Positions 13,385 through 27,341 are shown, numbered from the whole stretch's first letter. The stretch: 59,313 nucleotides of DNA, filler included, from Squatina squatina (GCA_031763465.1; 3 parts of 3 records of this genome joined end to end with filler, not necessarily neighbours in it); one strand, 5' to 3'. Notes: a model not told the origin generated them from the sequence alone. Translations and numbers: made by a program.

Positions 13385-16300
13385 AATAGGGAGCAGAGCT
13401 TGGAGTAGCAAAACAGTAGGAAGCAGGCTGCAAGCATCCATGGGCCTGTGAGTGGCAGCACACCTGGAGTACTGGGGTGAGGAATAAGGGGATAGGATGG
13501 CACCTGGGTCAGGAGCCTAAAAAGAATGAACACAATTTTAAATCAAATGCAGATTTTTCTCTCCTGAGAACTGCAACAACACACAAACAGCTTCCCCCTG
13601 TAAAGAGGAAGAAAATTATCTCCAGAAAAGGACACTACTATTATTAAATGGCAGTTATTCATAGCTTAATATTTTAATTGTCACATATTTCTAGTTTCAA
13701 TTTTAGGGGGAGGAACTCCTTTCTCTGTTTCATTGTCATTCTTCCTCTTCCCCCGCCTATTTTATGCTTCTCTTGTCCAATTATTAAAACTGGAAAACTG
13801 ATACCCAGGAACTAAAATTGTAAAGCACTCGACCCTAACTTTGCACCAAACAAACTATGAGAAACAAGCGAAAGAGAGAAATGACTTCAGGTCTGCAGTA
13901 ATCTGTTTACAAACATCAGCCTTTACCGAGGCAAAATTACTTCAACTAGTAATTTCCCTATGGAGTTGTCCCCGGTTGGGTGATGAATGTAAATTTTGTA
14001 TCATCAAGATGGTAACCAACAATCATAACAGGAAGTGTAGACATAACAAGATGTTTAATAATAAATAGGTAGATAGACACAATACACAGACATACATGAG
14101 TGAATCACCTGAGACATCACTCACAGGCTGAGAAGAAGGTAGCCATGTGTAGGGGAAGCAGTCCCGGTGCAGAGTGGGTCCCAGCACTGAGGGTGTGGGT
14201 GAGTGCCTGGTTGATGACTGGGCTATATGCGTTGTCTGGATGGAGAGAGGTGGGGGGACTGGGTTTTACTGTTCCCTGCCGAGGGGCAAGCCTGCATCGG
14301 GAGAATGTCAGACCAATGCTAATGGCATTAACCTAGAAATACCAGCAGGCTCAGGTCATGTTAGGCAGCTAACCCTTTTGGTGTGCTTCACTTAACCTAA
14401 GCCCATGCAGGAGGCAAAATAAATGTGAGTTGTACGTGTTATATTTAAGCTAATTTTCAGGGCCGTTTTTGATTTGCCAGCTTTGTAAAGGCTTTTGAAG
14501 CGGTTATTTGTCTTTGATTAGTTTTTAGTTTGACATACATACCCCTTTAACTGTACCCCTTTCACACCCTTCAATATCTGCACCCAAAATTTCACTGCAT
14601 TCTCATTATTTGATATTTCTCATTTTCTTCAGGTGTCCAATTCATTGATTCTTTAATTCAATCCTTCACTATTTTATTATGGATCAAACATCTTCTCAAT
14701 CTTTCTCCGCTTATATTCATTTATCATTTTTTTTATAGCCTACCCACATTAGCCCTCAGCCTGCCCACTGAACACCATCAGCCATCACCAACAGCCCATA
14801 CCAATCCCCTAAACAAATGGAATCATTGAAGATTTGAAATGCAAATCCTTTCTTGGCCNNNNNNNNNNNNNNNNNNNNNNNNNNNNNNNNNNNNNNNNNN
14901 NNNNNNNNNNNNNNNNNNNNNNNNNNNNNNNNNNNNNNNNNNNNNNNNNNNNNNNNNNTCTCTGTAATAACTCACAGCGTGAATATATAGCTTGAGCCCT
15001 GTGATTTTTCCCTTTTTATTTTTTTGCCGATCTCTTTCAGTAAAAGGAAGTTGCAAGAAGTGACAACATAAAGCGCCGGCAATCAATTTGTTTTATTTTT
15101 AAAAAGGACGGTAACCTTGTCAGACAATACATGATGGAATTCGAGAAAGTATGAAAAACAAAATGTTCTGTCAGAATCTTTCTGAGTAATTCCTTCCATG
15201 TAGGAGAGACAGCTTCTCTTAACTGGTTGATGTTTCCCTGCTGTTCAGTGTTAGCAAAAACATCTGTCATAGAAGCAAGAAAGAAACCTGTGGAAACTAT
15301 TTTTAAGAATTAGTTTATCCAGTGTAACACCCCACCTTCCCATTTAGTCATTAGGCTGTTCCAACATGGAGCTCTGTCACAGCCAGAGACTTTTTGGTTA
15401 GAAGGGCTGGGGAACATGTGTTAAAACGCAAGCCATTTGCAATGCTGTTTATAGAGCCCTAATCTGCATAAGGCAATGAAGGTATATCATAGCATGAAGA
15501 TTTCTTTTGTGGGGAGGAGTTCCTAAAATCCCTAGTCTCCATATAATTTAAGCCAATAGGCTCTGAAGGCAAGCACGATAAAATATGTTTACACATCTCT
15601 ATAAGCCCCTCATCTATTTTTTAGAATTTTTATTTAAACTAAATGCCTGACCAGTTAAATCTGCCCAAGTTGCTGTCTTATATTCAGATGATATGCAAAA
15701 AGACTGCCTTACCCAATTTTACTGTAAATGAAAATGTAAAATACACTCGTTATGGGACAATGTTACAAATTAAAACACCGAGCAATCATAACTGAGGTAA
15801 AGAGGAATTATTTTATCCTGAAATTTTTGCTCATTTGAGTAAAGTATCGCATTCTCAATAAGGATGCTCGANNNNNNNNNNNNNNNNNNNNNNNNNNNNN
15901 NNNNNNNNNNNNNNNNNNNNNNNNNNNNNNNNNNNNNNNNNNNNNNNNNNNNNNNNNNNNNNNNNNNNNNNACTGTGTTCTAGTGAGACGCGAACCTAAG
16001 AATAGCGCGAGCATCCCACTGATGGTTTTGCGGACAAATTTCACGCCTGATTTGGGCATATGTTTAAAAGCACCTCTGTTGAGTTTTTCTTCGCTGTCGA
16101 CAATATTTAATTGTTTCTGTCCTTGTCTAAGATCTGAATATTAATAAGGTGCCGTTTCAAAAGGTGAATTAGATACAATTTTTTTAAACTAATGTTTTAA
16201 ATTAATAACATACCATGAATACATTTTAAAAATTAGATTTATAAAATTTGTATTTAATTATCTCTAAAAACTGAGCTTTATTAACACTCAGATGCTACAA

Positions 16301-18710
16301 GGAAGTCAATCACAAAGCTGACATATTTTAGCAAGGAAAGGCTCAAATAAACTTACTCCCCTTTTAATTTTGCCAGTGTATTTCACTCTTCAAGGGAAAT
16401 TTTATGAAGAGAATTGCTGAAGTAAACAAATTGCTCATCTAGCACATCCAATAGGGAAATAAATAACAAGTTGGCCAGGATTGTTTTGATGATTCAAAGT
16501 TTGAAGAGTTAAAGAGCGACTTGCATTTGTATATCAGCGATGTCCCAAAAAACCTCCTAACGAATTATATTGAAGTGAAGCGTTTGTTATGTAAACAAAT
16601 ACAGCAGACTTGTAACAAACAGTAGGATCCCACAATCAGATGAATGACCGGTTCATCTGTTTTGGTAGTATTAAAGGTGGAATTTGGCCTGCTCATTCAA
16701 AACCTTTAACTTAATGAGATTTGACCTCTGGACAAGATAAATTAAGAGCCTAGTGCTCCATTATTAATTTTTACACATATTGTTAATAAAGCTACCTTCC
16801 AGCAAGGAATAAATGCTGCGTCNNNNNNNNNNNNNNNNNNNNNNNNNNNNNNNNNNNNNNNNNNNNNNNNNNNNNNNNNNNNNNNNNNNNNNNNNNNNNN
16901 NNNNNNNNNNNNNNNNNNNNNNNNNNNNNNNNNNNNNNNNNNNNNNNNNNNNNNNNNNNNNNNNNNNNNNNNNNNNNNNNNNNNNNNNNNNNNNNNNNNN
17001 NNNNNNNNNNNNNNNNNNNNNNNNNNNNNNNNNNNNNNNNNNNNNNNNNNNNNNNNNNNNNNNNNNNNNNNNNNNNNNNNNNNNNNNNNNNNNNNNNNNN
17101 NNNNNNCGCCACACCATCTCCTGCTAGTAGTAGATGAACAGCTTCAATACACATAGATTGATTTAAATCAGTTTAATTAAGGTAAGTTCTGTTTTTTCAT
17201 TTATGGGAATTAAGTTTATGGTCCATGCTTTAATAGCCCCTGTCAGATCATGAAAGAATCTTAGCAGCATTGTGATTCCACCTCAACCATTAAACTACAG
17301 ATATATGGACATTACATGAAATAATCCACTGGTCCAAAGAAAAGGTTCATCTTGGAAGATTATTTTTATTACATCGAGGATGTACCATTCTGGGTGTTAA
17401 AAATTTATCTGTGCATATACTCTATTCCATTTTAGACAAAGTAACTAAATAAATAAGAAGCTGGCTTTCAGCTGAATAATTTGAGCTTTGTATGATATTC
17501 CACATAAATATTTCAGTTAATTACAGAAGTACCTTGTAAGACACTACTAAAACAGTATCATGAATTTATCAGTGCAGTCCCAGTTGATAATGCTTTACAT
17601 ATTTTTCAATCAAGTATAAAAAAAGTTTAGCATGCAAACTTTATAATGCATAGAATTAATATGCTTTCAACGATGGTGCTTTTGAGAGCAGGACTAAATC
17701 AGGACTCCAAGGAACACGCATAGTAATGTAATTACCTGATGTACCTGAGATCGCAGCACACTGCATCAGTTATTCATTTATTTATAAACATGGTCTGTTT
17801 TTCGGTTATGGGATTAAAGAAGTCAGTGGGTCTGCTTTTTTTTATTTGCATTGGGCAATTTGTCTTGCCACGGCACATCAGTGCCAGCTGGTGTGTGCTG
17901 TCGCCCATTCAGAGCCGTGATTGCGCATGTCAGAGGGACACTGCCTGAGGCAGAAGCCACTGATAATGAAGGAAATTTTGCACACTTAGTGGATTATTGC
18001 AAAATAATGTACATTTTGATTAAAGATGTGTCTTTTTTTTAAGATTAAATCTGATAAGACATAATTTTAAATGCCTTCTCCACTGAAAAATAATAAGTTT
18101 TCATTTGGTGTGGAGCACAACATTATGCTAATTTCTTTGCTGAAGGGGTTACAGATAGTGATATTTCAAAGAATGCCAAGGGATTTGCACATCGTTTACA
18201 GCTATTTTAACCTGACTGAAGTTCTGGTCAGGAGTCAACATGAAAGGGATTTAGGCTGTAAAAGCTAGATTTTCTGCTCAGACAGAAACCCGAGCAGCAA
18301 AATTGCAGAGCACGTTTTATACCTGCCAGGAATGAAGGGGACCACATTATTCAGAGTCAGCCTAATTCTAATATTACTGGTAAGGTCTTGGCTGTGGTAC
18401 TGCATCTGGGAGCTCACCATTTCGGGTGCGGGGAATTGCGTGCTGCTGAGGGATTTAAAGGGCCTGCACAACAAGATTCCCAGTCACAGCAATTACTTGA
18501 AGAGTTCAGACCCAAGAATGTCAAGGAGGTTTTCAGAAGGGTTGAGAGCCCCTTAGTTCAGTGAGGAAGCAGTGGGGATGTTTCACTACAAAGTAAGGCT
18601 ACACAATTTGNNNNNNNNNNNNNNNNNNNNNNNNNNNNNNNNNNNNNNNNNNNNNNNNNNNNNNNNNNNNNNNNNNNNNNNNNNNNNNNNNNNNNNNNNN
18701 NNNNNNNNNN

Positions 18711-18840
18711 TATCTCGTCATTATCACATTGTTGTTTGTGGGATCTTGCTGGGGGTAAATTGACTGTCACATTTCTTACATTACAGCAGAGATTCACTTC
18801 AAAAAGTACTTAATTGGTTGTAAAGTGCTTTGGGAAGCTT
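18711..18840 (+). mobile_element. DeuSINE 3' fragment (other fragments about 7590-7687 +, 16515-16700 -, 41060-41140 +)
   Basis: tcattatcacattgttgtttgtgggatcttgctg...aagtacttaattggttgtaaagtgctttggga aligns with 28670-28790. Confidence 0.8.
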
Positions 18841-20765
18841 TTTCATTTCTATCCTATGTCCCACTCACCAAATCATATTTGTAAAAGAATATGCCTCATT
18901 TTTGTAACATATGATGACAGCAAAACTTTACTGGTGAGAGTGAGTCATTAATAGAGTAAGCTTGGCATTAAATCTATGATTCAGGTGCCAGTATAAATAC
19001 AAATTAATTAAAAACTGCAAGGAACAGTGTGTTCAGAAATTTTAGGACTTCATGAGTACACATAAGCCAGGTCTGGAAATCAGACTCGGTTGTTTTGGAG
19101 TCAACCACCTGTGACTATCTTTAGGGAAAAGAGATACAGCTCTTATCAGCATGATTTACGCGACCTTCTTAGCAACCCTTATGTTTGTTTGAGGGGCCAT
19201 GATTTGTAATCCATCTGTAACACCAGTTTGAAAACAGTCTTCATTGTCCTTCAGTGCAAGGACAATAGTTATCTTAATTCCTAGACGAGAACCCATGTCT
19301 TAGGGTAAAAACTGACCTGGTTGACGTCGCTGCACAAAGTGGTGAGTGCTTGGCTCCTAATTAAATCCAATTGCCAGGACTTGCCTGTTACCTGAATCTT
19401 GTTGTAGTTGGTCAAACTTGATTAATCACCAACCAAGAACAACATAGCTCTACATGGAAGCAAGTTAAGATCTCTTGGTGGAGCAGCAGGAGACAGGGAG
19501 GGGAAGAATGGATTTCATCCAGGTCATCCTGTCTGAATCATACCTTATAAATTTCTCCCAGTTATGATATAATACATTGAGGGAAATAGAATGCAGTCTA
19601 AAAGCTTTTGTTTATTAGCTTCTATTGACGTCATCTGAAAGCTCTTCATTAAACAATCTTGAAGTGGCATTAACTGGTGTCATGAGAGTGGCTTATTACC
19701 CAGACTGCTTCACCTGGCAAGTTGAAGGTCTACTTCTAATGNNNNNNNNNNNNNNNNNNNNNNNNNNNNNNNNNNNNNNNNNNNNNNNNNNNNNNNNNNN
19801 NNNNNNNNNNNNNNNNNNNNNNNNNNNNNNNNNNNNNNNNNNNNNNNNNNNNNNNNNNNNNNNNNNNNNNNNNNNNNNNNNNNNNNNNNNNNNNNNNNNN
19901 NNNNNNNNNNNNNNNNNNNNNNNNNNNNNNNNNNNNNNNNNNNNNNNNNNNNNNNNNNNNNNNNNNNNNNNNNNNNNNNNNNNNNNNNNNNNNNNNNNNN
20001 NNNNNNNNNNNNNNNNNNNNNNNNNNNNNNNNNNNNNNNNNNNNNNNNNNNNNNTTTTATCAATTTGTTTTTGTTGCCTTTGTTTTAACATGGTTTAGGT
20101 AATTTGAGGTAAATGAGTCTGCTTTTTATAGCAGTATTTTGTGCCTTCCTGTTGAAATGGCAGATAAATCCTTTTTCTGAATTCTAGATTTTCTGAGCTA
20201 CAATCTTGACACCATCGGAATCAGTGATCTGATAACTTGCATTTGGTAATCCAAGTCCCCAACCACGCCTGATCTTATAGGCCCCTATGCGGTTACATAT
20301 ACCTCAAACTCTAAAAGTGTGTGGTGTCATTGAAGACAAAAAAGTGATTTAAGTTTGTGTGTATCTGCGATGTATAGATAGTCCAGATCCGTGTAATAGT
20401 GCTGGTAGTTTTACAGCAAAGTTACATTGGAACTGAGTTAATATTATTGTTTATATGTTTGTACTATTAACCTACATACTTGTGTGCATGTGCTTGAATG
20501 TGTCTGTGTTTGTATATTATACATGCATACATTTGTGTTTACATATATTGTGAATGTTTGTGTTTAATATAGTTTAATATAGAATTATATGCCCGTCAGT
20601 GTACTGTATATATGCTTATGTTTACTCTGTATGTATATACTTTTAATTAAATGCTGTATAATATATTTGTATACTACATGCATGCATATTTTAATGCAGG
20701 TGCTGCTTAGTTTATATATTTGTGTTTGCTGTGTACACATATATGTTTGAGTTGTAAAGCAGAAA

Positions 20766-20783
20766 GAGAGAGAGAGAGAGAGA
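20766..20783. repeat. (AG)n microsatellite after TG/AT-rich low-complexity sequence (about 20450-20750)
   Basis: Visible AGAGAG run. Confidence 0.85.
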
Positions 20784-23700
20784 GTATAAAAGAGCCCCNN
20801 NNNNNNNNNNNNNNNNNNNNNNNNNNNNNNNNNNNNNNNNNNNNNNNNNNNNNNNNNNNNNNNNNNNNNNNNNNNNNNNNNNNNNNNNNNNNNNNNNNNN
20901 NNNNNNNNNNNNNNNNNNNNNNNNNNNNNNNNNNNNNNNNNNNNNNNNNNNNNNAAATAGGCAGACAAGGTTCTGTATACAGAGAGATACAGCAGGGATA
21001 TGTGCTGATGAACCTTCACTTGACAGTGGGAAAGTAAGAACGGGTGGGAGTTTAAGGCGNNNNNNNNNNNNNNNNNNNNNNNNNNNNNNNNNNNNNNNNN
21101 NNNNNNNNNNNNNNNNNNNNNNNNNNNNNNNNNNNNNNNNNNNNNNNNNNNNNNNNNNNNNNNNNNNNNNNNNNNNNNNNNNNNNNNNNNNNNNNNNNNN
21201 NNNNNNNNNNNNNNNNNNNNNNNNNNNNNNNNNNNNNNNNNNNNNNNNNNNNNNNNNNNNNNNNNNNNNNNNNNNNNNNNNNNNNNNNNNNNNNNNNNNN
21301 NNNNNNNNNNNNNNNNNNNNNNNNNNNNNNNNNNNNNNNNNNNNNNNNNNNNNNNNNNNNNNNNNNNNNNNNNNNNNNNNNNNNNNNNNNNNNNNNNNNN
21401 NNNNNNTATTTTTTTTTTGCCTCAGGAAACCTAGCGATATTCATGGCACTGAGGCAAATAATCTGGAATTAAAACTAAATTCTTCTGCCTTATCCTAGCA
21501 ACAGCCCCATCACCATCTGTTCGTAGGAAGGGCAGCCATTATCTGCTGAATTCTTTGTGAACACTCCATCACCTGTGAGAGAAGGCATGGCCCCCATCCT
21601 GGCTCCTTTGTCCCTTCAATGAAATTTAAAACAGTTGTCTGCAATATATTTCAGAAACCTGAACGACAAGCAGCTTAAACCAACTCCTTCCACTTGAGTG
21701 AAGAAGACATTTAAGGGTTTTTTTTGCGTTCAACAATGCATGTTCAGTCCCATTAGAGCAGTGGCATTATCTCCCAGTTTACACTGCCTGTGNNNNNNNN
21801 NNGTGAGAAAGGCAGACCTCTCCCACTTTTTGTTCTCTCTGATAACAGACCTGGCTGCTGTCAGGGTTTATCATGTTCAAACATCTACTAAACATTACAA
21901 AACTAAGTTAAGCAAAATAAAAACCGGCTGACCAGGAAGTGATTATTTCCTCCAGGATTAAACCCTATTTGCACACTGCAAGTCTGACTTTAGACAGTTT
22001 TACCTTGTTTACTGCAAACACTCATTTCAGATATTTTCATGTAAAATGTACACTTCTTTTTCAAAAAAAAAATTCAGGTCTAAATGTATTTGTAATCTCA
22101 CGCAAGTAATAGCGTGAGATTTAAAGATCAAAAAATTGTTATTAATACATTCAAATATATTCATGAATTTTTGCGGTAGACAGGCAATTCATGAATAGCA
22201 CAAACATTTTTAGAAGATGAATTATTTTAGGTTTCTTGTGCTTTGTAAGCTTGATTGCATTATTATATTGCTAAAATCATTGCATCTCACAGGAAAAACT
22301 TATCAGTGTGGCTTGCTTGTTTATCTAAAAACCACAAAAATGCAAATAAGTACAAACAGTACTCGCAATGACATATTTATATACCTTTGTAGCAACATAT
22401 TATTTTCTTTTCTGCTGTTGATATATAGATGTGTGGATCCAAATAGGAAGGTTTCATAGAAGTTCAACTGACTTATCATAGGTCATGCTAAATTGGATTC
22501 ATAGTTCTGAGTTTGACAAAATAGTCGGAAAAATAGTTATTTCTCTTCACTTGTTTCATGCAATTTGCTCATGTTTTTCAAGGGCACCTACTGCAAGACT
22601 GACTGGCAAAGGGCAGCAATTGTACCTTTTGAAAACGTTGGCTAATTGTGCCCACTTCACTGAGGAAATACGCATTTATTTTTAATTGAGAAANNNNNNN
22701 NNNNNNNNNNNNNNNNNNNNNNNNNNNNNNNNNNNNNNNNNNNNNNNNNNNNNNNNNNNNNNNNNNNNNNNNNNNNNNNNNNNNNNNNNNNNNNNNNNNN
22801 NNNNNNNNNNNNNNNNNNNNNNNNNNNNNNNNNNNNNNNNNNNNNNNNNNNNNNNNNNNNNNNNNNNNNNNNNNNNNNNNNNNNNNNNNNNNNNNNNNNN
22901 NNNNNNNNNNNNNNNNNNNNNNNNNNNNNNNNNNNNNNNNNNNNNNNNNNNNNNNNNNNNNNNNNNNNNNNNNNNNNNNNNNNNNNNNNNNNNNNNNNNN
23001 NNNNNNNNNNNNNNNNNNNNNNNNNNNNNNNNNNNNNNNNNNNNNNNNNNNNNNNNNNNNNNNNNNNNNNNNNNNNNNNNNNNNNNNNNNNNNNNNNNNN
23101 NNNNNNNNNNNNNNNNNNNNNNNNNNNNNNNNNNNNNNNNNNNNNNNNNNNNNNNNNNNNNNNNNNNNNNNNNNNNNNNNNNNNNNNNNNNNNNNNNNNN
23201 NNNNNNNNNNNNNNNNNNNNNNNNNNNNNNNNNNNNNNNNNNNNNNNNNNNNNNNNNNNNNNNNNNNNNNNNNNNNNNNNNNNNNNNNNNNNTAGCAACA
23301 GAGCAGTAAGTCCCAGTAGTTTGCATAAGAATAGTGTGTGTGGTCAAAGGATTATACCTAGCCTTTAGCAATTCACATGAAGTAATACTGGCCGAGATTT
23401 TAAAGTGAGAGGAAAGAAGCATGTTATACAAGCTATTAACTCACTTAAGTTTTCAAAGAGTTAATTTAAACGTTTCATTTTAAAATGGAATACGATAGCT
23501 ACTATAGTATGGATTTTGAGAGTAAGGGAAAATAAATCAAATACCGCATACACAACCACACTTGTCCATGTGCTAGTGTTCACCATACATGTGTTGGAAG
23601 TGATGCCACACAAGTAGATTTATGCAGTGTTCTGAGTTTGCTGAATGGTTCATTAGCCTTTCCATTGCACCAAGGAGGTTTCCAACTTTCCACATCCCTA

Positions 23701-23994
23701 ATTATCACCTTGGCTATTTCAGAGCCAAAGAGACTCTGAGAGAGTGTTAAGATATTCTGATAAGCTGCCTCTGCAAGTGAACAAGAATGAACTACAAATA
23801 CAGTTTAAGTTTGAAATTAATACAAAGGGACAATTCTTCCTCTGCTTTCAATGAATGTAGACAGGAGAGTACAACTTATTCAACAGTCTGTTTAACATGT
23901 CCAACTCGCAGCTGACAGGGAGGAAGCAAAGTGTGTGAATGGGTTTGATGGGGAATGAGATTATTTTACTATCAATGGCCGAAAAAATATGCCC

Positions 23995-24094
23995 NNNNNN
24001 NNNNNNNNNNNNNNNNNNNNNNNNNNNNNNNNNNNNNNTTAATTAATTAANNNNNNNNNNNNNNNNNNNNNNNNNNNNNNNNNNNNNNNNNNNN
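23995..24094. other. Artificial assembly linker N44-TTAATTAATTAA-N44
   Basis: Exactly 100 nt and symmetric. The 12-mer places stops in all six frames; an identical block lies at 43495-43594. Confidence 0.92.
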
Positions 24095-24709
24095 AAAATG
24101 TATTTTGTATCTAATTTACTGTTGAAATTAATTCTCAGTTACTTCCTGAACACCTCCAAGCATACCAAATGTCTTGAGTATCGCTAGTTGCCCTTTTTAG
24201 ATTGAGAACTAAGATCTTATCAGCAAATCTGTCGAATTGCCTATAACAGTTTGCATATGACAGCATGCAGGAGTACCAATGTGGTTGTCACTGACTTCCC
24301 AGCCTTCTGCAGTGGAGAGGGGTGGTGGGGGGGAACAGTGAGTAGTGGTCATGCACCTCCTCACAGAAGAGGAGGGAATGTTGGAGAAAGAACCATCAGG
24401 CTGTGCTCAATTACCGCCCGTAGGCTTGTTCACAGTACCATTGCTGAAGGCAAGAGATCTAGTAACTAGCCTGCCACCCCCCCCCACCGCCACCGCCTCT
24501 CATCTGCAGGGTGGTGTGCCACCCAGGGATATCAAGAAAACTGAGAGATTCATGCCGACACAAAGATTCACTTGAAAATTAAATAATAGAGCATATTTCT
24601 CTTTTAACAGTTGCAATGTACAAACTGAATTTTAGCTCATCTTAGAGGTGCTGAAGTCAGTTCGTGAAGATGGATTATTTTGACACATGTGTGTTTTAAA
24701 ATTCTTTAG

Positions 24710-24859
24710 GATGTGGAGCCAATTTCACTGCTTCTGCCGGCCGTGTTATTTCACCCAACTACCCTAACCGTTATGACTCGAACTTGAATTGTCAATACCT
24801 CATCAATGCTTCCAGTCAGCTGTTCGTAATCTTACAATTTGAGGCATTCAATATCGAAG
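24710..24859 (+). CDS. CUBN: Cubilin internal exon, N-terminal half of a late CUB domain (about CUB22 by recalled human numbering)
   Basis: Acceptor ttctttag and donor GAAG|gtacga; 150 nt, phase 1/1. Translates (G)CGANFTASAGRVISPNYPNRYDSNLNCQYLINASSQLFVILQFEAFNIE, the CUB consensus CG..F....G.I.SPNYP..Y..N.NC. Resembles recalled human [27 protein letters not shown]. Confidence 0.93.
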
Positions 24860-25166
24860 GTACGATTCAAAATTCTCACATATTGGTGATAATTGATCAT
24901 TATGCCCTGGGACTGAAACCGAAAGTGTAATTAATGAGAGAGTCATCACGCTGTAAAGAATCATTTTTCCCCATTGCGTACTGATTGGCATCAGTTAATC
25001 GTTCAGCTGCTTCATTTTATAGTGAACATACACTCTTTTTTATTCGTTCCTGGAATGTGGGTATCANNNNNNNNNNNNNNNNNNNNNNNNNNNNNNNNNN
25101 NNNNNNNNNNNNNNNNNNNNNNNNNNNNNNNNNNNNNNNNNNNNNNNNNNNNNNNNNNNNNNNNNN

Positions 25167-25790
25167 GGTGGCGAGAATGGCGGAGGATGATCTGTTGAAT
25201 GTGGAAGCTGGTGGGGTGAAAGGTGAGGACAAGGGAAACCCTATCGTGGTTCTGGGAGGGAGGAGAAGGGGTGAGAGCAGAAGTACGGGAAATAAAACGG
25301 ACACAGTCAAGGGCCATGTCGACCACGGTGGAGGGGAATCCTCAGTTGAGGAAAAAGAAAGACATGTTTGAAGCACTGGTGTGGAAAGTGGCATCATCAG
25401 AACAGCTGTGACAGAGACGGAGGAACTGGGAGAATGGAATGGAGTCTTTACAGGAAGCAGGGTGGGAGGAAATGTAGTCCAGGTAGCTGTGGGAGTCAGT
25501 GGGCTTGTAGTGGATGATTATCAGTAGCCTATCCCCAGAAATGGAGACAGAGAAGTCGAGGAAAAGTCGGAGATGGACCATGTGAAGGTGAGGGAAGGGT
25601 GGAAATTGGAGGCAAAGTGAATGAAATTATCTGGTTCAGGGCGAGAGCAGGGAATGATACCGATAGTCATCAATGTACTGGAAAAAGAGGTGAGGGAGGG
25701 GACCAGAGTAGGACTGGAACAAAGATCATTCCTCTTATCCCACAAAAAGGCAGGTATAGCTAGGACTCATGTGGGTTTCCATAGCAACAC
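25167..25790 (-). mobile_element. Degenerate Penelope-like retroelement fragment (RT C-terminal region)
   Basis: Minus-strand frames give YKPTDSHSYLDYISSHPASCKDSIPFSQFLRL..CSDDATF and ISRTSALTPSPPSQNHDRVSLVLTFHP, typical PLE motifs, broken by frameshifts. Confidence 0.85.
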
Positions 25791-26499
25791 ATTTGGATAT
25801 TCATAGTGAGCGCTAATGTTATAAAGTGTAGATTGGCATTGCAATTATAATGGCAAGCTCTCAATCACATCAACTAAGTGTGTGGGGACAGAAAGGAAAG
25901 TTCTCAGAGCAGCGCTGACAGACAGATACTTGCCATTATGTTCGCCATCCTGTGTTCTGGGACAGGAACTGCAAGTTAAAATGCAAATAACTAAAAGTCA
26001 TTTTTTAATTAATACTCATTTAAACCTAGCCCAATAAATGGATCCTGGCAGTAGTTTTTAAGACTACATGCATTTGAAATGTTAACCTTCAGTGTGACAT
26101 TCTGTGCTTTGTCTTCGTGGTTCAATCTGCTAAAAGTGTGAAAAATAAAAGCAACAATTTGATCAATTTTGTTTCAAAATGAAGTGCACTGGAGCATTGG
26201 TACTTACACACACCAATTAATATTTTAGAATTGGCAACATGAACTATACTCCTTGGATTAAGCTTGCGCTGTATTATTAACTCAAATTGTTGCACTAGGA
26301 AATGCAAGTTTATTAACATTTCTGAAAAAAAATTGAAGAACTTAAATATATGCAGATTTAACTTGGGGAGAATGACAACATTTGATGACACACACACACA
26401 ATCATCATTTTATACAAGCCTTGTCCTCAGATTGCTTGTCTGCTTTATAAAAATGGGAAAATAGATTGACTTCACCTCTTTCCCAACAAGATATATTTG

Positions 26500-26601
26500 C
26501 TCAAAAAGCAAAATACTGTGGGTGCTGGAAATCTGACATGTAAACAGAAAATGCTGGAACTACTCAGCAGGACAGGCAGCATCTGTGGAGACAGAAACAG
26601 A
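26500..26601 (-). mobile_element. Penelope-like terminal (pLTR-type) fragment
   Basis: aaaagcaaaatactg..gtgctggaaatctga..aaacagaaaatgctggaa..actcagcagg..aggcagcatctgtggaga is recognised as the common shark PLE terminal sequence. A more decayed copy lies near 1180-1280. Confidence 0.65.
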
Positions 26602-26612
26602 AAAAAAATTAA

Positions 26613-27341
26613 GGCTGAATTTGCGATCGGAGGCTTCCTGCAGGTGGATTGTCTCCGCCCTGCAAAAAATCTACGCAAGTACCTGGTACTAGGTTTGCAG
26701 CTTTGTGTTCTTCAGCCTCCACAGATGGCCAATCGCAGAGTCCCTCTGCTCGCTGCAGTCTAAGTGGTTCACTTGATCACGCGGGAGGCCCCAACCAATC
26801 AGGTAGGAGTATCTCCCATTCATGCTTTTACAGATCTCTGCCATATATGGGGAGATTTGTAAAAGTATGAATGGAGATAGTAAAAATGCACAAGCACATC
26901 AAAAAACATTTTAAAAAACTACTGCAATATTAAAATGTAATAAAATTATATGTAATGAGAAACAATAAACATTTTGACATTTAAAAAAAATCTTTTAAAA
27001 AAATATACTGGACTTAATGAAAATGTTTTTTTAAGTAATGTACTAGTAATTTATTTGATTGTTACATTTTTTAAAAACTCTTACGCTGGTAAAACCAAGC
27101 CTGTATGCTTGCATTTACCATGCATAAAAAATTTAAAAATTGATTTCCACAAGCAAGAGTTGGGCAAATATCGCAGCTCTCCGCCCTGGAAACCTCTTTT
27201 CCAGCACAAGTGGATAATCAGTCAAGAGAAATCTCGACAGATCGCAAGTTCCGGATTTATGGGCATGCACAGTGCAGCCTTCGATTCGGAACTTGCGAGG
27301 TCCCTACGGGTGTGTGCGTTAACATCACAGTATCAGCCCCT
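26613..27341. mobile_element. Non-autonomous TIR element (MITE-like), apparently complete
   Basis: Left end GGCTGAATTTGCGAT, right end ATCACAGTATCAGCC(CC), an imperfect inverted repeat. TTAA at 26609-26612 and 27342-27345. No ORF; homologous to 41799-42087. Confidence 0.65.
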
